Source: Bacteroidetes bacterium GWF2_33_16 | GTDB taxonomy: Bacteria; Bacteroidota; Bacteroidia; Bacteroidales; UBA12077 | Direction of reading: 5' to 3' | Length of the DNA: 64,000 bases | Assembly: GCA_001768565.1 (NCBI GenBank) | Contig: MEOE01000023.1 | Location: 223,215 to 287,214, forward strand | Shown here: positions 47,487 through 57,700 of the stretch, piece by piece | Layout of the letters: every line of letters begins with the position of its first letter | Position numbering within the stretch: position 1 is the first letter of the stretch | Made by a program: the position numbers and the translations under genes | The notes under the pieces: generated by a model | Databases searched by the model: none | Seen by the model: only the letters and a program-made list of their open reading frames with translations | What the model was told of the DNA's origin: nothing

Positions 47487-48504
47487 AAAGATTTTAGTTA
47501 CCGGTGGAACCGGATTGGTTGGATCACATCTTCTTTATGAATTAGTTTCTAAAGGAAGCTTTGTTAGAGCTTTAATTCGTGATAAAGCTAGCATTGAAAA
47601 AGTTCGCAAAGTATTCTCATATTATTCAAATAACGAAAATAATCTAATCGATACTATCGAATGGATTAAAGGAGATATTTTGGATATAGTTTCTCTTGAA
47701 GAAGCTTTCGAAAATATTTCCATTGTTTACCATTGTGCAGCGGTTGTTTCCTTCAACAATAAAAATAAATCTGCATTACTAAAAACAAATATTGAAGGAA
47801 CCGAAAACATTGTAAACCTTTGTATTGAAAAACAAATCGAAAAACTTTGTTATGTAAGTTCGGTAGCTGCAATAGGAAGTACCGATAATGGGGATCTGGT
47901 TTCTGAAAAAGAAATGTGGATACCTGCCGATAACCACTCCCTATACTCAATTAGCAAGTTTAAGTCTGAGATGGAAGTTTGGCGAGGTGTTCAGGAAGGA
48001 TTGAATGCAGTAATTGTAAATCCATCCATTATTTTAGGTCCTGGATTTTGGGAAACAGGTAGTGGAGAGATATTTAAAAAAGCAAGTAAAGGAATGCTTT
48101 TTTATACACTTGGAAAAACAGGTTTTGTTGATGTTAGAGATGTAACCAGTGCAATGATACAATTAACCGAGAGCAATATCTCCGGCGAAAGGTTTATTCT
48201 GAACTCCGAAAACCATAGTTATAAAGATCTTTTTACTGAAATAACTGAAGCATATGGAGTTAAGAGCCCACGTTTTAATGCCGGTAAAAAATTAATGAAT
48301 CTGGCTTATTATATAGATTCTCTTTTAAGTGCGGTTGGAATAAAAAAGCAAGAGATTACAAAAAGCATTGTTAAGTCAAGTTTGAATAGTACAAACTACA
48401 CGAATAATAAAATAAAAGAAACCCTTGGTTTTGAATTTATCACCATAAAAGAATCAATACGTTTTGCAGTAGAAAAATTTAACCAGGAAATAAAAGCAAG
48501 TTAA
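47476..48504 (+). CDS. NAD-dependent epimerase/dehydratase family (extended SDR) protein
   Basis: KILVTGGTGLVGSHL Rossmann motif and YSISK (YxxxK) catalytic motif. It overlaps the upstream gene by 11 nt. Confidence 0.85.
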   Translation: MNNKKILVTGGTGLVGSHLLYELVSKGSFVRALIRDKASIEKVRKVFSYYSNNENNLIDTIEWIKGDILDIVSLEEAFENISIVYHCAAVVSFNNKNKSALLKTNIEGTENIVNLCIEKQIEKLCYVSSVAAIGSTDNGDLVSEKEMWIPADNHSLYSISKFKSEMEVWRGVQEGLNAVIVNPSIILGPGFWETGSGEIFKKASKGMLFYTLGKTGFVDVRDVTSAMIQLTESNISGERFILNSENHSYKDLFTEITEAYGVKSPRFNAGKKLMNLAYYIDSLLSAVGIKKQEITKSIVKSSLNSTNYTNNKIKETLGFEFITIKESIRFAVEKFNQEIKAS

Positions 48505-48552
48505 TGATTTGGTTACAAAAAGATTGTAACTTGCTTATTTAAAATTATCAAA

Positions 48553-50709
48553 ATGAAAAAAGACAAAAAATCAAAAAAAGGAAAAAAGTCGCAAGACAAA
48601 TTAAATAAGAAAATATTAAGCAGTAAAATACTCGCGTATTTTTCAAATAATCCATCGAAAATATTTAATTACAAGCAGGTTGCAAGCAAACTCGAGGTAA
48701 AAGACGAAACAGTACGAAACCTAATTGTTAACATATTAACCGAATTGAGAGATTACGGTGCAATTACCGAAATATCGAGAGGAAAATACAAATTTGTATC
48801 TCAAGGTGGGTATGTAACCGGCAAGGTTATGCTTACACTAAAAGGATCAGGATTTATAATTCCAGAAGAAGAAGACGGAGGTGAAGATATCTTTGTAAAT
48901 CAATCTAATTTAAATCATGCCTTAAATGGAGATATTGTTAAGGTTTATTTGTATGCACGAAAAAGAGGCAAACAGCCCGAAGGCGAAGTTGTTGAAATTA
49001 TTAAACGATCAAAAGAAAATATTGTAGGAGTTATAGATATTTCAAAAACCTATGCATTTATTATTGCAAATAGCCGTCAAATGCCATACGATGTTTTTGT
49101 ACCTCTGGGTAAGCTAAATAACGCTCAGAATGGCGATAAAGTAGTTGCCCGAATTACCGACTGGCCGGCAGAATACCGGAATCCATTTGGTGAAGTTATT
49201 GAAGTGTTAGGTAAACCCGGCGAGAATGAAACAGAGATGCATGCTATACTGGCTGAGTTTGACTTACCTTACAAGTTTGATCCATTGGTTGAGCAAGAAG
49301 CTGAAAAGATTCCTGATATAATTACCGATTCGGATTATAAATCGCGTCGCGACTTTCGAAATATTACAACATTTACTATTGACCCGGCTGATGCAAAAGA
49401 TTTTGATGATGCATTATCATTACAAAAACTTAAAAACGGAAATTGGGAAATAGGCGTTCATATTGCTGATGTTACACATTATGTAGGAAAAGGTACAATT
49501 CTAGATCAGGAGGCTTATAATAGAGGTACATCCGTTTATTTAGTTGATCGTGTTGTTCCAATGCTACCGGAAAAACTGTCGAACAACGTTTGTAGTTTGC
49601 GTCCAAATGAAGAAAAGCTTTGTTATAGTATCGTTTTTGAAATGGACGACAATGGAGACATATGGGATCAGTGGATTGGCAGAACAGTTATTAAATCGGA
49701 CAAACGTTTTTCGTATGAGGAAGCGCAAGAACTTATTGAAGGAGGTGATGGTGAGTTAAAGGATGAAATACTCATTTTAAATGGCCTCGCACAAAAACTC
49801 AGAAAGAAAAGATTCAAAAATGGATCAATAGATTTTGAGAGAGTTGAAGTAAAATTCAATATAGATGAGAAAGGAAAACCTCTGGGAGTATTTTTTAAAG
49901 AAAGTAAAGATTCAAATAAGCTTATTGAAGAGTTTATGTTACTTGCCAACAAGCATGTTGCGGCATCTATTGGAGATGTTAAAAAGGGAGAGAATGCTAA
50001 AACATTTGTTTACAGGATTCATGACAAACCAAATCCTGATAAGCTGATGAATTTTGCACGGTTTATTCAGCGATTTGGATATTCAATTAATCCAACAGGC
50101 CATAAAAATATAACCACTTCGATTAATAATTTACTTGATGAAGTTCAAGGTAAGAAAGAACAAAATGTAATCGAAACATTAGCTATTAGAGCGATGGCCA
50201 AAGCAGTTTATTCAACAAAAAATATCGGGCATTACGGATTGTCGTTTGATTTCTATTCGCACTTTACCTCTCCTATCCGCCGTTACCCTGATATGATGGT
50301 ACACCGATTATTAACCGATTACATGAATGGAGCAAAGAGCAAAGAAAAGGATAAATACGAAAAAATGTGTGAGTATGCTTCAGAAATGGAACGTCGTGCT
50401 GCCGAAGCAGAACGTTCATCGATTAAATACAAGCAGGTTGAGTTTATGAAAGACCATGTGGGTGAAGATTTTGATGGAATTATTTCGGGTGTTACCGAGT
50501 GGGGATTTTATGTTGAGCTAAACGAAAGCAAATGTGAAGGACTAGTTCACATACGTGAACTCGATGATGATTATTATTTCTTTGATGAAGATAATTATTC
50601 AATTATTGGCCGAACCAATAAAAAGGTATTCCAGTTAGGTGATCCGGTTCGAATAAAAATTGTTCGTGCCGATTTGGAAAAGAAACAGCTGGATTATACT
50701 CTAGCATAA
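48553..50709 (+). CDS. rnr: Ribonuclease R
   Basis: Lys-rich N-terminus, cold-shock-like domains and RNB blocks (TIDPADAKDFDDALS, HYGL...YSHFTSPIRRYPD). A C-terminal S1 domain is present. Confidence 0.95.
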   Translation: MKKDKKSKKGKKSQDKLNKKILSSKILAYFSNNPSKIFNYKQVASKLEVKDETVRNLIVNILTELRDYGAITEISRGKYKFVSQGGYVTGKVMLTLKGSGFIIPEEEDGGEDIFVNQSNLNHALNGDIVKVYLYARKRGKQPEGEVVEIIKRSKENIVGVIDISKTYAFIIANSRQMPYDVFVPLGKLNNAQNGDKVVARITDWPAEYRNPFGEVIEVLGKPGENETEMHAILAEFDLPYKFDPLVEQEAEKIPDIITDSDYKSRRDFRNITTFTIDPADAKDFDDALSLQKLKNGNWEIGVHIADVTHYVGKGTILDQEAYNRGTSVYLVDRVVPMLPEKLSNNVCSLRPNEEKLCYSIVFEMDDNGDIWDQWIGRTVIKSDKRFSYEEAQELIEGGDGELKDEILILNGLAQKLRKKRFKNGSIDFERVEVKFNIDEKGKPLGVFFKESKDSNKLIEEFMLLANKHVAASIGDVKKGENAKTFVYRIHDKPNPDKLMNFARFIQRFGYSINPTGHKNITTSINNLLDEVQGKKEQNVIETLAIRAMAKAVYSTKNIGHYGLSFDFYSHFTSPIRRYPDMMVHRLLTDYMNGAKSKEKDKYEKMCEYASEMERRAAEAERSSIKYKQVEFMKDHVGEDFDGIISGVTEWGFYVELNESKCEGLVHIRELDDDYYFFDEDNYSIIGRTNKKVFQLGDPVRIKIVRADLEKKQLDYTLA

Positions 50710-50728
50710 ATTTTTTAATCTTCATATT

Positions 50729-50766
50729 AAAAATCCGGAATACATAAGTCTTTCGGATTTTTTTTA
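50729..50766 (+). terminator. Rho-independent terminator downstream of rnr
   Basis: AAAATCCG...CGGATTTT stem followed by a T-run. Confidence 0.65.
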
Positions 50767-50864
50767 TAGCTGTTTTGCCGTATTTTGAAAAATTATTGTC
50801 GAATAATTTTGAAACGGTTTTTTCACAGCGTAATTTTAGACCAAAATGTTTTACTATTCGAAAA

Positions 50865-51473
50865 ATGGAAAAAGAGCATATTAAGCAAAAACAAAAAGCT
50901 ATAAGCTTAAAAATTCTAAGTCAGGCATCACAGGTATTTAGCAAGTATGGCTTTAAAAAGGCAACCATGGATGATATAGCCAAAGCTTCGGGTATGGGTA
51001 AAAGTTCGTTGTATTATTATTTTAAAAGCAAGGAAGAAGTTTTTGAGGCAGTTGTAAAGAAAGAAGCCGATCTTCTTCGCATTGAGCTTGAAAGAAGAGT
51101 AGTTAATAGCCACGACAATCCTAAAGAGAAAATTAGAAACTATGTTCTTATCCGAATGAAGTTTCTCAAAGAGATGGTAAATTTTTACGATGCATTAAAA
51201 AATGATTATCTTGGAAATCTTGCTTTTACAGAAAGGATAAGGGAAAAGTACGACCGCGAAGAGCAGCAGATAATTCAGGTTTTATTGCAGCAGGGAATAG
51301 ATTCAGGGATTTTTGATTTAAAGGAAACAAAAATATCGTCCATGGCCTTGGCAACAGCATTAAAGGGACTCGAAACAGCACTGCTAATAAAAAATACAAT
51401 TCCTCTGGAACAATTGGAAAAACATCTTGATCAAACCCTGCAAATTCTTTTTTATGGAATTGTTAAGCAATAG
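50865..51473 (+). CDS. TetR/AcrR family transcriptional regulator
   Basis: The HTH block is FSKYGFKKATMDDIAKASGMGKSSLYYYFKSKEEVF. I prefer ATG at 50865 over the TTG at 50775. Confidence 0.85.
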   Translation: MEKEHIKQKQKAISLKILSQASQVFSKYGFKKATMDDIAKASGMGKSSLYYYFKSKEEVFEAVVKKEADLLRIELERRVVNSHDNPKEKIRNYVLIRMKFLKEMVNFYDALKNDYLGNLAFTERIREKYDREEQQIIQVLLQQGIDSGIFDLKETKISSMALATALKGLETALLIKNTIPLEQLEKHLDQTLQILFYGIVKQ

Positions 51474-51628
51474 TCTCTGTATATATTCGAGCTATGAGTC
51501 CTTTTAATTCAAGAATATTAATATAGTAATGTTAACACGTTATCTTTCTAAATTTAATTATTTACATGTATTACTATTTATAAAAATTCTGTAAATTGCT
51601 CCTCATTACAAACTAAATTAAGAGAAAC

Positions 51629-52096
51629 ATGAAAACAAAATTCTTTACTCTTTTTGCACTTGTTTTATTCTTTTCCACATCATGCCTTTTTGCACAGGAT
51701 GCAGATAAATTTCTTGGGTATTGGTTAACTCAGGATGGCGATTCGCAAGTAAAAATTTTTAAAGCCAAAGATGGAAAATATTATGGTGATATTAAATGGT
51801 TAAAAACACCTAACGAGCCAGATGGTACAGCAAAACTTGACAAAAACAATTCAGATGAGCAATTGAAAAAAAGACCTGTTCTTGGTTTACAAATTCTCAA
51901 ATCATTTGAATATGATGCCAAAGACAAGGAATGGGTTGATGGAACAATTTATGATCCCAAAAATGGTAAAACTTACAAATGCTTTATCCGTTTTAAAGAT
52001 GGTGACGAAAATACATTGTTGGTAAAAGGATTTATTGGTATTTCATTACTTGGAAGAGAAGTTATTTGGCAAAGAGAAGAAAAATTAAGAGAATAA
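51629..52096 (+). CDS. DUF2147 domain-containing secreted protein
   Basis: Signal peptide present. The pattern is GYWLTQDGDSQVKIF...GKYYGDIKWL...RP.LGL.IL...W.DGTIYDPKNGKTYKC. Confidence 0.8.
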   Translation: MKTKFFTLFALVLFFSTSCLFAQDADKFLGYWLTQDGDSQVKIFKAKDGKYYGDIKWLKTPNEPDGTAKLDKNNSDEQLKKRPVLGLQILKSFEYDAKDKEWVDGTIYDPKNGKTYKCFIRFKDGDENTLLVKGFIGISLLGREVIWQREEKLRE

Positions 52097-52116
52097 ATTT
52101 CTTTTATATATTTTTA

Positions 52117-52141
52117 TAACCCGCAACTGCGGGTTTTTTTA
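52117..52141 (+). terminator. Rho-independent terminator
   Basis: AACCCGC-AACT-GCGGGTT followed by T7. Confidence 0.85.
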
Positions 52142-52151
52142 TTCTTCTATT

Positions 52152-52802
52152 ATGGATAATCAAAAAGTCATTTCAAATACAATTGAATTTGTAAAAGACA
52201 AACTTAAAGGAGACAGTTCTGGCCACGACTGGTGGCATATTTATAGAGTTCTAACACTTTCGAAAAGAATTCAGAAAATTGAAGGAGGAAATCTTTTTGT
52301 AATTGAGCTTGCAGCCCTTTTACACGATGTTGCCGATTGGAAATTCAATACCAATGAAAATGAGGGAATCGAAGTAGTTTCAAATTGGTTAAAATCTCAG
52401 CATGTTGATTCAACCGCAATTATGGATGTTTTGCATATAATTCAGAATATTTCATATAAGGGTGAGAGTGAAAAAAATAAAATGATTTCGATTGAGGGAT
52501 TGATTGTTCAAGATGCCGATCGTATTGATGCCATGGGTGCTATTGGTATTGCACGCACATTTGCATTTGGGGGTTATAAGGGAAATGAAATGCATAATCC
52601 AACAATAAAGCCAATAGCTCAAATGAAATTTGATCAATATAAAAAATCGAATGGAACAACCATAAACCATTTTTATGAAAAGTTGCTTTTATTAAAAGAC
52701 AGAATGAATACCGAAACGGCAAAGAAAATAGCAGATTCACGACATCCATTTATGCAAGATTATCTTGATAGATTTTATAAAGAATGGGAAGGATTAGAAT
52801 AA
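52152..52802 (+). CDS. HD domain-containing phosphohydrolase
   Basis: H...HD...D signature: GHDWWHIYRV, ALLHDVAD, VQDADRIDAMGAIG. Confidence 0.85.
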   Translation: MDNQKVISNTIEFVKDKLKGDSSGHDWWHIYRVLTLSKRIQKIEGGNLFVIELAALLHDVADWKFNTNENEGIEVVSNWLKSQHVDSTAIMDVLHIIQNISYKGESEKNKMISIEGLIVQDADRIDAMGAIGIARTFAFGGYKGNEMHNPTIKPIAQMKFDQYKKSNGTTINHFYEKLLLLKDRMNTETAKKIADSRHPFMQDYLDRFYKEWEGLE

Positions 52803-52949
52803 GTAATAAATTGAAATCATCATTTAAGTTCAGTAAAAATAATGTTTTTGTGACAATTTATGCCCCGGAGTCTTCCTGACATAAAAATTTCAGTAACAAC
52901 GCATTTAAAGAATTCACGAATCCAGTTTATAAAACAGAAAACTTTTAGA

Positions 52950-53642
52950 ATGAAAACTATCGTAAAATACTTTACTGATTTTTTTGGACTATTTTTTCCG
53001 GAACTATGTGTTGTTTGTAGCAAGCATCTTTTTGTTCAGGAAAAACTTATTTGTACGAAATGTTTATACCATCTGCCTAAAACCAATTTTCACAACGATA
53101 TAGAAAATCCAGTTGCACAGCTTTTCTGGGGTAGAGCAAAAATTGAATATGCAACTGCTTTTTTTTATTTTAATAAAGGAAGTCAATACCAGGATTTGAT
53201 GCATCATTTTAAATATCATGGAAAAAAAGAAATCGGATTTGTTATGGGAAGGGCATTTGGATTGCAGTTAATAGAAAGTCCATTTAAAGAAATAGATATA
53301 ATTATTCCAGTTCCTTTGCATCCAAAGAAGCAAAAAAAACGAGGTTATAACCAAAGTGATTGGATTGCAATGGGTTTAGCAAATTCGCTTAAAAAAGATG
53401 CGGACACAACCACACTTGTTCGTTCGGTTTCGACAGCAACGCAAACCCGCAAAACGAGATTTGAACGATGGCAAAATGTAGAGAACATATTTAAGATTAT
53501 TGATCCATCAAAAATTGAAGGAAAGCACATTTTGTTAGTAGACGATGTAGTTACAACGGGATCTACCTTAGAAGCCTGCGCAAATGCTATTCTGGAAATT
53601 AAAAATACAAAGGTAAGCATTGCCACACTGGCAGTAGCGTAG
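52950..53642 (+). CDS. comF: ComF family protein (phosphoribosyltransferase domain)
   Basis: N-terminal Cys pairs (CVVCSK...CTKCLYHL). The C-terminal PRT motif is ILLVDDVVTTGSTLEAC. I prefer ATG at 52950. Confidence 0.8.
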   Translation: MKTIVKYFTDFFGLFFPELCVVCSKHLFVQEKLICTKCLYHLPKTNFHNDIENPVAQLFWGRAKIEYATAFFYFNKGSQYQDLMHHFKYHGKKEIGFVMGRAFGLQLIESPFKEIDIIIPVPLHPKKQKKRGYNQSDWIAMGLANSLKKDADTTTLVRSVSTATQTRKTRFERWQNVENIFKIIDPSKIEGKHILLVDDVVTTGSTLEACANAILEIKNTKVSIATLAVA

Positions 53643-53674
53643 AATTTGCAATTATATTAGTCCTGGATTAATAA

Positions 53675-54244
53675 CTAATCTTTTTCACCCCATCTTTTCG
53701 TCTCAATTTCAAATCCTGCCAGATCAAGTATTCGATTTACAACAGTATTAACAACATCATCGATAGTTAAAGGTTTGGTATAAAAAGATGGTGTTGCCGG
53801 GCAAATAATTCCTCCTGCTTCGGTTATGGTTTTCATGTTATTAATATGAATAAGGCTATATGGTAGCTCACGAGGAACCAAAATGAGTTTTTTTCTTTCT
53901 TTCAACATTACATCAGCAGCCCGTGTAATTAAATCATCTGAAATTCCATTCGCTATTCTGCCCAAGGTACCCATTGAACAAGGACAAATAATCATTGTTT
54001 CATATTGTGCCGAGCCCGATGCAAAAGGAGCATAAAAATCATTGGCAGTATAAATTTTAAATGAATACTCTTTATAGGATTTCGTTCCTAATTCATATTC
54101 CCATATTTCTTCTGCATTTTTTGAAAAAACAATTCCAATATCTTGTAATTGATTAGAGATAGTTGTCAACTTGTCCAACAGTAATTTGGCATATATTGAT
54201 CCACTGGCTCCTGTAACTGCAATAACTACTTTTTGTTTTTTCAT
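53675..54244 (-). CDS. ubiX: Flavin prenyltransferase UbiX
   Basis: KVVIAVTGASGSIYA and downstream flavoprotein blocks are present. ATG at 54244 overlaps the upstream stop (ATGA overlap). Confidence 0.9.
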   Translation of the reverse strand: MKKQKVVIAVTGASGSIYAKLLLDKLTTISNQLQDIGIVFSKNAEEIWEYELGTKSYKEYSFKIYTANDFYAPFASGSAQYETMIICPCSMGTLGRIANGISDDLITRAADVMLKERKKLILVPRELPYSLIHINNMKTITEAGGIICPATPSFYTKPLTIDDVVNTVVNRILDLAGFEIETKRWGEKD

Positions 54245-54849
54245 TTTGTTCCAAAATTTGCCAATTGAAAATAAAGGCATATTGTAATAACGCTATTGTA
54301 CTGTCCTTGGTTCAAATAAAAGCTTTGTCCACCAGGATGTTCACGAACAGGGAGAATTGAGTAATTGAACCTGGCATTAAAAAGCAACCAATCTAAAACA
54401 TTATAATTAACACCAATTAGGCCAGAAAATTCCATTTCTTTAAATGAAGGATCAGCTGGCAGGTCTCCTCCACCATCCTTATCCTCTAAGGATTTCTGTA
54501 AATACCCAAATGCAAGACCAATATCGGCAGAAAATTTTGAATATACCTTATATCTCAGAAACAATGGCAATTCAATATAATTTAGTTTAGAACTATAAAA
54601 ATTGAGACTCTTGCTCTCTGAATGACTCCCCTTTTGCACATAGCGTAATTCAAGCTGAACATCAACCCGATTACTTATTGTTGTATAGGTATAAATTCCA
54701 CCCGCTAAGCCAGCCTTGTTAAAGCCACCCCAGGCATCGCCATCTAACTGCGACATTGATAGTCCCGCCAAAAATCCACCCCCAAATGTTTGGGCAAATA
54801 AAACAGGATATAAAAAAGTAAAAACTAACACCAGATAATATTTCCTCAT
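54241..54849 (-). CDS. Small outer-membrane beta-barrel protein (porin/PorT-like family)
   Basis: Signal peptide present. It has alternating beta-strand sequence rich in G/Y/F and is ~200 aa. This is typical of the 8-10 strand OMP_b-brl family in Bacteroidota. Confidence 0.7.
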   Translation of the reverse strand: MRKYYLVLVFTFLYPVLFAQTFGGGFLAGLSMSQLDGDAWGGFNKAGLAGGIYTYTTISNRVDVQLELRYVQKGSHSESKSLNFYSSKLNYIELPLFLRYKVYSKFSADIGLAFGYLQKSLEDKDGGGDLPADPSFKEMEFSGLIGVNYNVLDWLLFNARFNYSILPVREHPGGQSFYLNQGQYNSVITICLYFQLANFGTK

Positions 54850-55040
54850 TTTGTACTTTTAAAACTATCCTAAAATTACTCAAAAAAAATAGATTAATTT
54901 TAAATTAGTTAATATTACGAGTTTATATCTCTGCAAAACAGACATATAGCTCTTTATATAACTTATGCCATTGTAATAGTATCAATTAAATTTTAAATTC
55001 GTACCGATTTAATTCAACCTTAACCTTTAAAATTTAACTT

Positions 55041-56048
55041 ATGAACGCTCTAACGAAACACCTATTTTTTCTATTAACATTATTGATCTTCTTTTCTTGC
55101 GAAGAAGACTCTACGATTATTAAAGTTACACTTGAAGCTGATAAAGAATATATATTAGCCGATGAAACTGAAACAATTACTTTCACCTTAAAAACTAGTG
55201 ATGGCGAAGATGTTACATCTAAAGCAATCTTTAGAGTAAACGGAGAAACGTTGGAAGGAAATGTTTTTAAATCAAACGTTGTTGGATCTTATTTTTGTAG
55301 GGCCGAATATAAAACAGGTGTAAGCAATGATCTTGCATTCGAAGTTAATGAAGTACCTATTTTTACAAGAAATGTATTGATTGAAAATTATACAGCAACA
55401 TGGTGTGGATATTGCCCCAGGGTACATGATGCAATTATTGATGCATTAAGTGAAGAAAGCAGAATTATTCCAATAGCAATCCATGGAAGTAACGATCCTT
55501 ATTATTTTACATCAATTGGAACACTTGCAACCGTATTCGAAGTAGCAGGCTATCCAACAGCAATTATTGACAGAGATTATAGCTGGCCTTATCCAGAAGA
55601 ATTTGCTGGATTAAATAAAGCCCTCGATAAAAGTGCAGGTATGGGATTAGCAATTAATTCAGAAATTTCAGGAGATAATATAATTGCTAATGTAAAAGTT
55701 AAATTTGGCAGAACTTATTCTGAAGATCTTAAATTGGTTGTGTGCCTGGTAGAAGGCCAACTAATTTATAATCAAACTAATTATTATAGTGATGGAAGAG
55801 GTGACCCAATTGTTGGTTATATTCACAATAACGTTTTACGTAAATTCGAGACAGATTTTTTTGGAGATGCAATCCCAGGAACATCTACTGTAAAAGATAA
55901 TGAGTTTTTAAAAACTATTACTATTGATGCAACAGGTTATATAAAAAATAACTGTAAAATAGTTGCCTTTGTAGTTTCATCAAATAACAAAGTAATAAAT
56001 GCACAATCTTGTGTCTCTAATGGGGCCAAGGATTATGAAGTATTATAA
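55041..56048 (+). CDS. Omp28-related / thioredoxin-like outer-membrane lipoprotein
   Basis: Lipobox FFSCEE. An N-terminal Ig-like segment is followed by ENYTATWCGYCPRVHDA (WCGYC CxxC motif). This matches Omp28-family lipoproteins. Confidence 0.7.
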   Translation: MNALTKHLFFLLTLLIFFSCEEDSTIIKVTLEADKEYILADETETITFTLKTSDGEDVTSKAIFRVNGETLEGNVFKSNVVGSYFCRAEYKTGVSNDLAFEVNEVPIFTRNVLIENYTATWCGYCPRVHDAIIDALSEESRIIPIAIHGSNDPYYFTSIGTLATVFEVAGYPTAIIDRDYSWPYPEEFAGLNKALDKSAGMGLAINSEISGDNIIANVKVKFGRTYSEDLKLVVCLVEGQLIYNQTNYYSDGRGDPIVGYIHNNVLRKFETDFFGDAIPGTSTVKDNEFLKTITIDATGYIKNNCKIVAFVVSSNNKVINAQSCVSNGAKDYEVL

Positions 56049-56052
56049 AAAT

Positions 56053-56080
56053 AAAAACCGATCAAAAAGATCGGTTTTTT
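56053..56080. terminator. Bidirectional rho-independent terminator
   Basis: AAAAACCGATC-AAAAA-GATCGGTTTTT, a perfect hairpin between convergent genes. Confidence 0.85.
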
Positions 56081-56083
56081 CTT

Positions 56084-57670
56084 TTAAAAAGATGTGGTAA
56101 TCGAAAAATTTATGCCTGTATAAGCCTCTACCTGATTACATATTCCTCCAACACATTCTAGTCCTTCTTTATGGCGTCCTGCAGATATCATAAACTTGGT
56201 AACTTCATGTGTAAATGCAAAACCTCCACTAAGGTAATGGATATTTGTATAGCCATAGTTGAACATATCTGAGGCAAATACAGAAAATTTAGGGGCAAAA
56301 CTATATTCTACTAATCCATAAACCCAGTTTTTCTCATCTTGCTTTGTCCACAAATGCTGTATCTCAGATCGAACTGAAGAACGTGAGTTTAACTTATACT
56401 GAACATCAACAACCGCAATCTTGGAATTTATAAAATCATTACCACCAGACACAATAGCTCCCTTATTATATTGCATATCTATATACGATAGGTTTATTTT
56501 TAACACAGATGATACTTTTTTCTCTAACTCCACATTAAAATCCTGAAATAATTTTTTATCACCAAACGAAAGGAATTTCTGATATTCTTCATTTCTATAA
56601 TCCAGATTCTGATAATACGAAAAGTTTGCAGAAATATTCATGCCATATTTTCCGCCCAGAAATGAATCTTTGTTAAACCGATAAAATACATCTATTTGCC
56701 CACCTATTTCGCCTCTGGCCATTGCCCCATAGGGATGCAGGTTTGCCAGTGCATATTTATGCTGACGAGTAAGTGCAGGCAAGTAATTTAATAACAGAGT
56801 ATGACTAACAGCTTCTCTTTCTGACCTGAATTCCATGTTTTTTAAACACCTGAAATTTATATTAACACCAATATTATTGCCAATAAACGAAGGAGATATT
56901 AATAGTGCATTCCCTATTTCCTGTGAGTTCTGATTATTTATTGTAGGTTCGTTAGTTTTTTCTACAAATTCTGAATAAAAACTAAAGAAACCATGTTCAA
57001 ACTGCATTCTTGCCGACCACGCATCTACTGTTGAAGGATAATCCTCAACTATTCCGGTATAAGTTTGAAACCTGCTAACCCAACTTCCACCCATTAATAA
57101 AATAGTACTGTTTTGGTCTTGATGTATTGCATTCATGATATCGATTTCGCCATCTATACCACGAACAACACCGCTTCCATTCTTAAGATATTTACGTTGC
57201 TTACCCCAAAATGCTTTAAGATTAATGTACGAAACAGGTTTAAAATTAATTCTTACACCATCCATTGCTGTATTTAGTCCAATTGCTCTCTCTTCGAAAG
57301 ACCTAAATATTAATCCACTTCCAAACTGCTCATAGAAATTGCCTGCAGTAATATTTAAATAATTATTTGCAAACTGAATATATTTGAAAACAAACTCATT
57401 GCCCTCTAAAAGAGGATTATAACCAACCAATGGTGCTAAATAGGCTTCGTACTGGATGCCTGCCGAGAAAAGTCCTTTTCTGTAATCTAGTTTTAAATAA
57501 TTATTCGATCCAAAAGGATTTTCAGGTTGAAGAGCATTTGTAGTTATGTCGTTAAAATAATAGATATTATTTGACTCAAAGCTACCTGTTAAATCACCAT
57601 TAAGTATTTGACCAAATGAGACTTGATAGTAAAGAGTAAGTAATATCAAAATTAAAAATGCTTTTTTCAT
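56084..57670 (-). CDS. Uncharacterised large outer-membrane beta-barrel protein (DUF6029-like as far as I can recall)
   Basis: Signal peptide present. The beta-strand periodicity is amphipathic throughout. The terminal residue is aromatic (...SITTSF). An ECVGGIC Cys pair lies near the C-terminus. The gene sits 30 nt downstream of a TlpA gene. Confidence 0.65.
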   Translation of the reverse strand: MKKAFLILILLTLYYQVSFGQILNGDLTGSFESNNIYYFNDITTNALQPENPFGSNNYLKLDYRKGLFSAGIQYEAYLAPLVGYNPLLEGNEFVFKYIQFANNYLNITAGNFYEQFGSGLIFRSFEERAIGLNTAMDGVRINFKPVSYINLKAFWGKQRKYLKNGSGVVRGIDGEIDIMNAIHQDQNSTILLMGGSWVSRFQTYTGIVEDYPSTVDAWSARMQFEHGFFSFYSEFVEKTNEPTINNQNSQEIGNALLISPSFIGNNIGVNINFRCLKNMEFRSEREAVSHTLLLNYLPALTRQHKYALANLHPYGAMARGEIGGQIDVFYRFNKDSFLGGKYGMNISANFSYYQNLDYRNEEYQKFLSFGDKKLFQDFNVELEKKVSSVLKINLSYIDMQYNKGAIVSGGNDFINSKIAVVDVQYKLNSRSSVRSEIQHLWTKQDEKNWVYGLVEYSFAPKFSVFASDMFNYGYTNIHYLSGGFAFTHEVTKFMISAGRHKEGLECVGGICNQVEAYTGINFSITTSF

Positions 57671-57700
57671 TTTGTAAGGATTAATAAATTTGTAATGAGT

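Noticed and set aside
52820-53023. A 67-aa minus-strand ORF, plus the 5' extension (52860-52949) of the ComF ORF.
   Set aside because: - ComF homologues start near MKTIVKYFTDFF...CVVC, so ATG at 52950 is preferred.
- The antisense ORF has no support.
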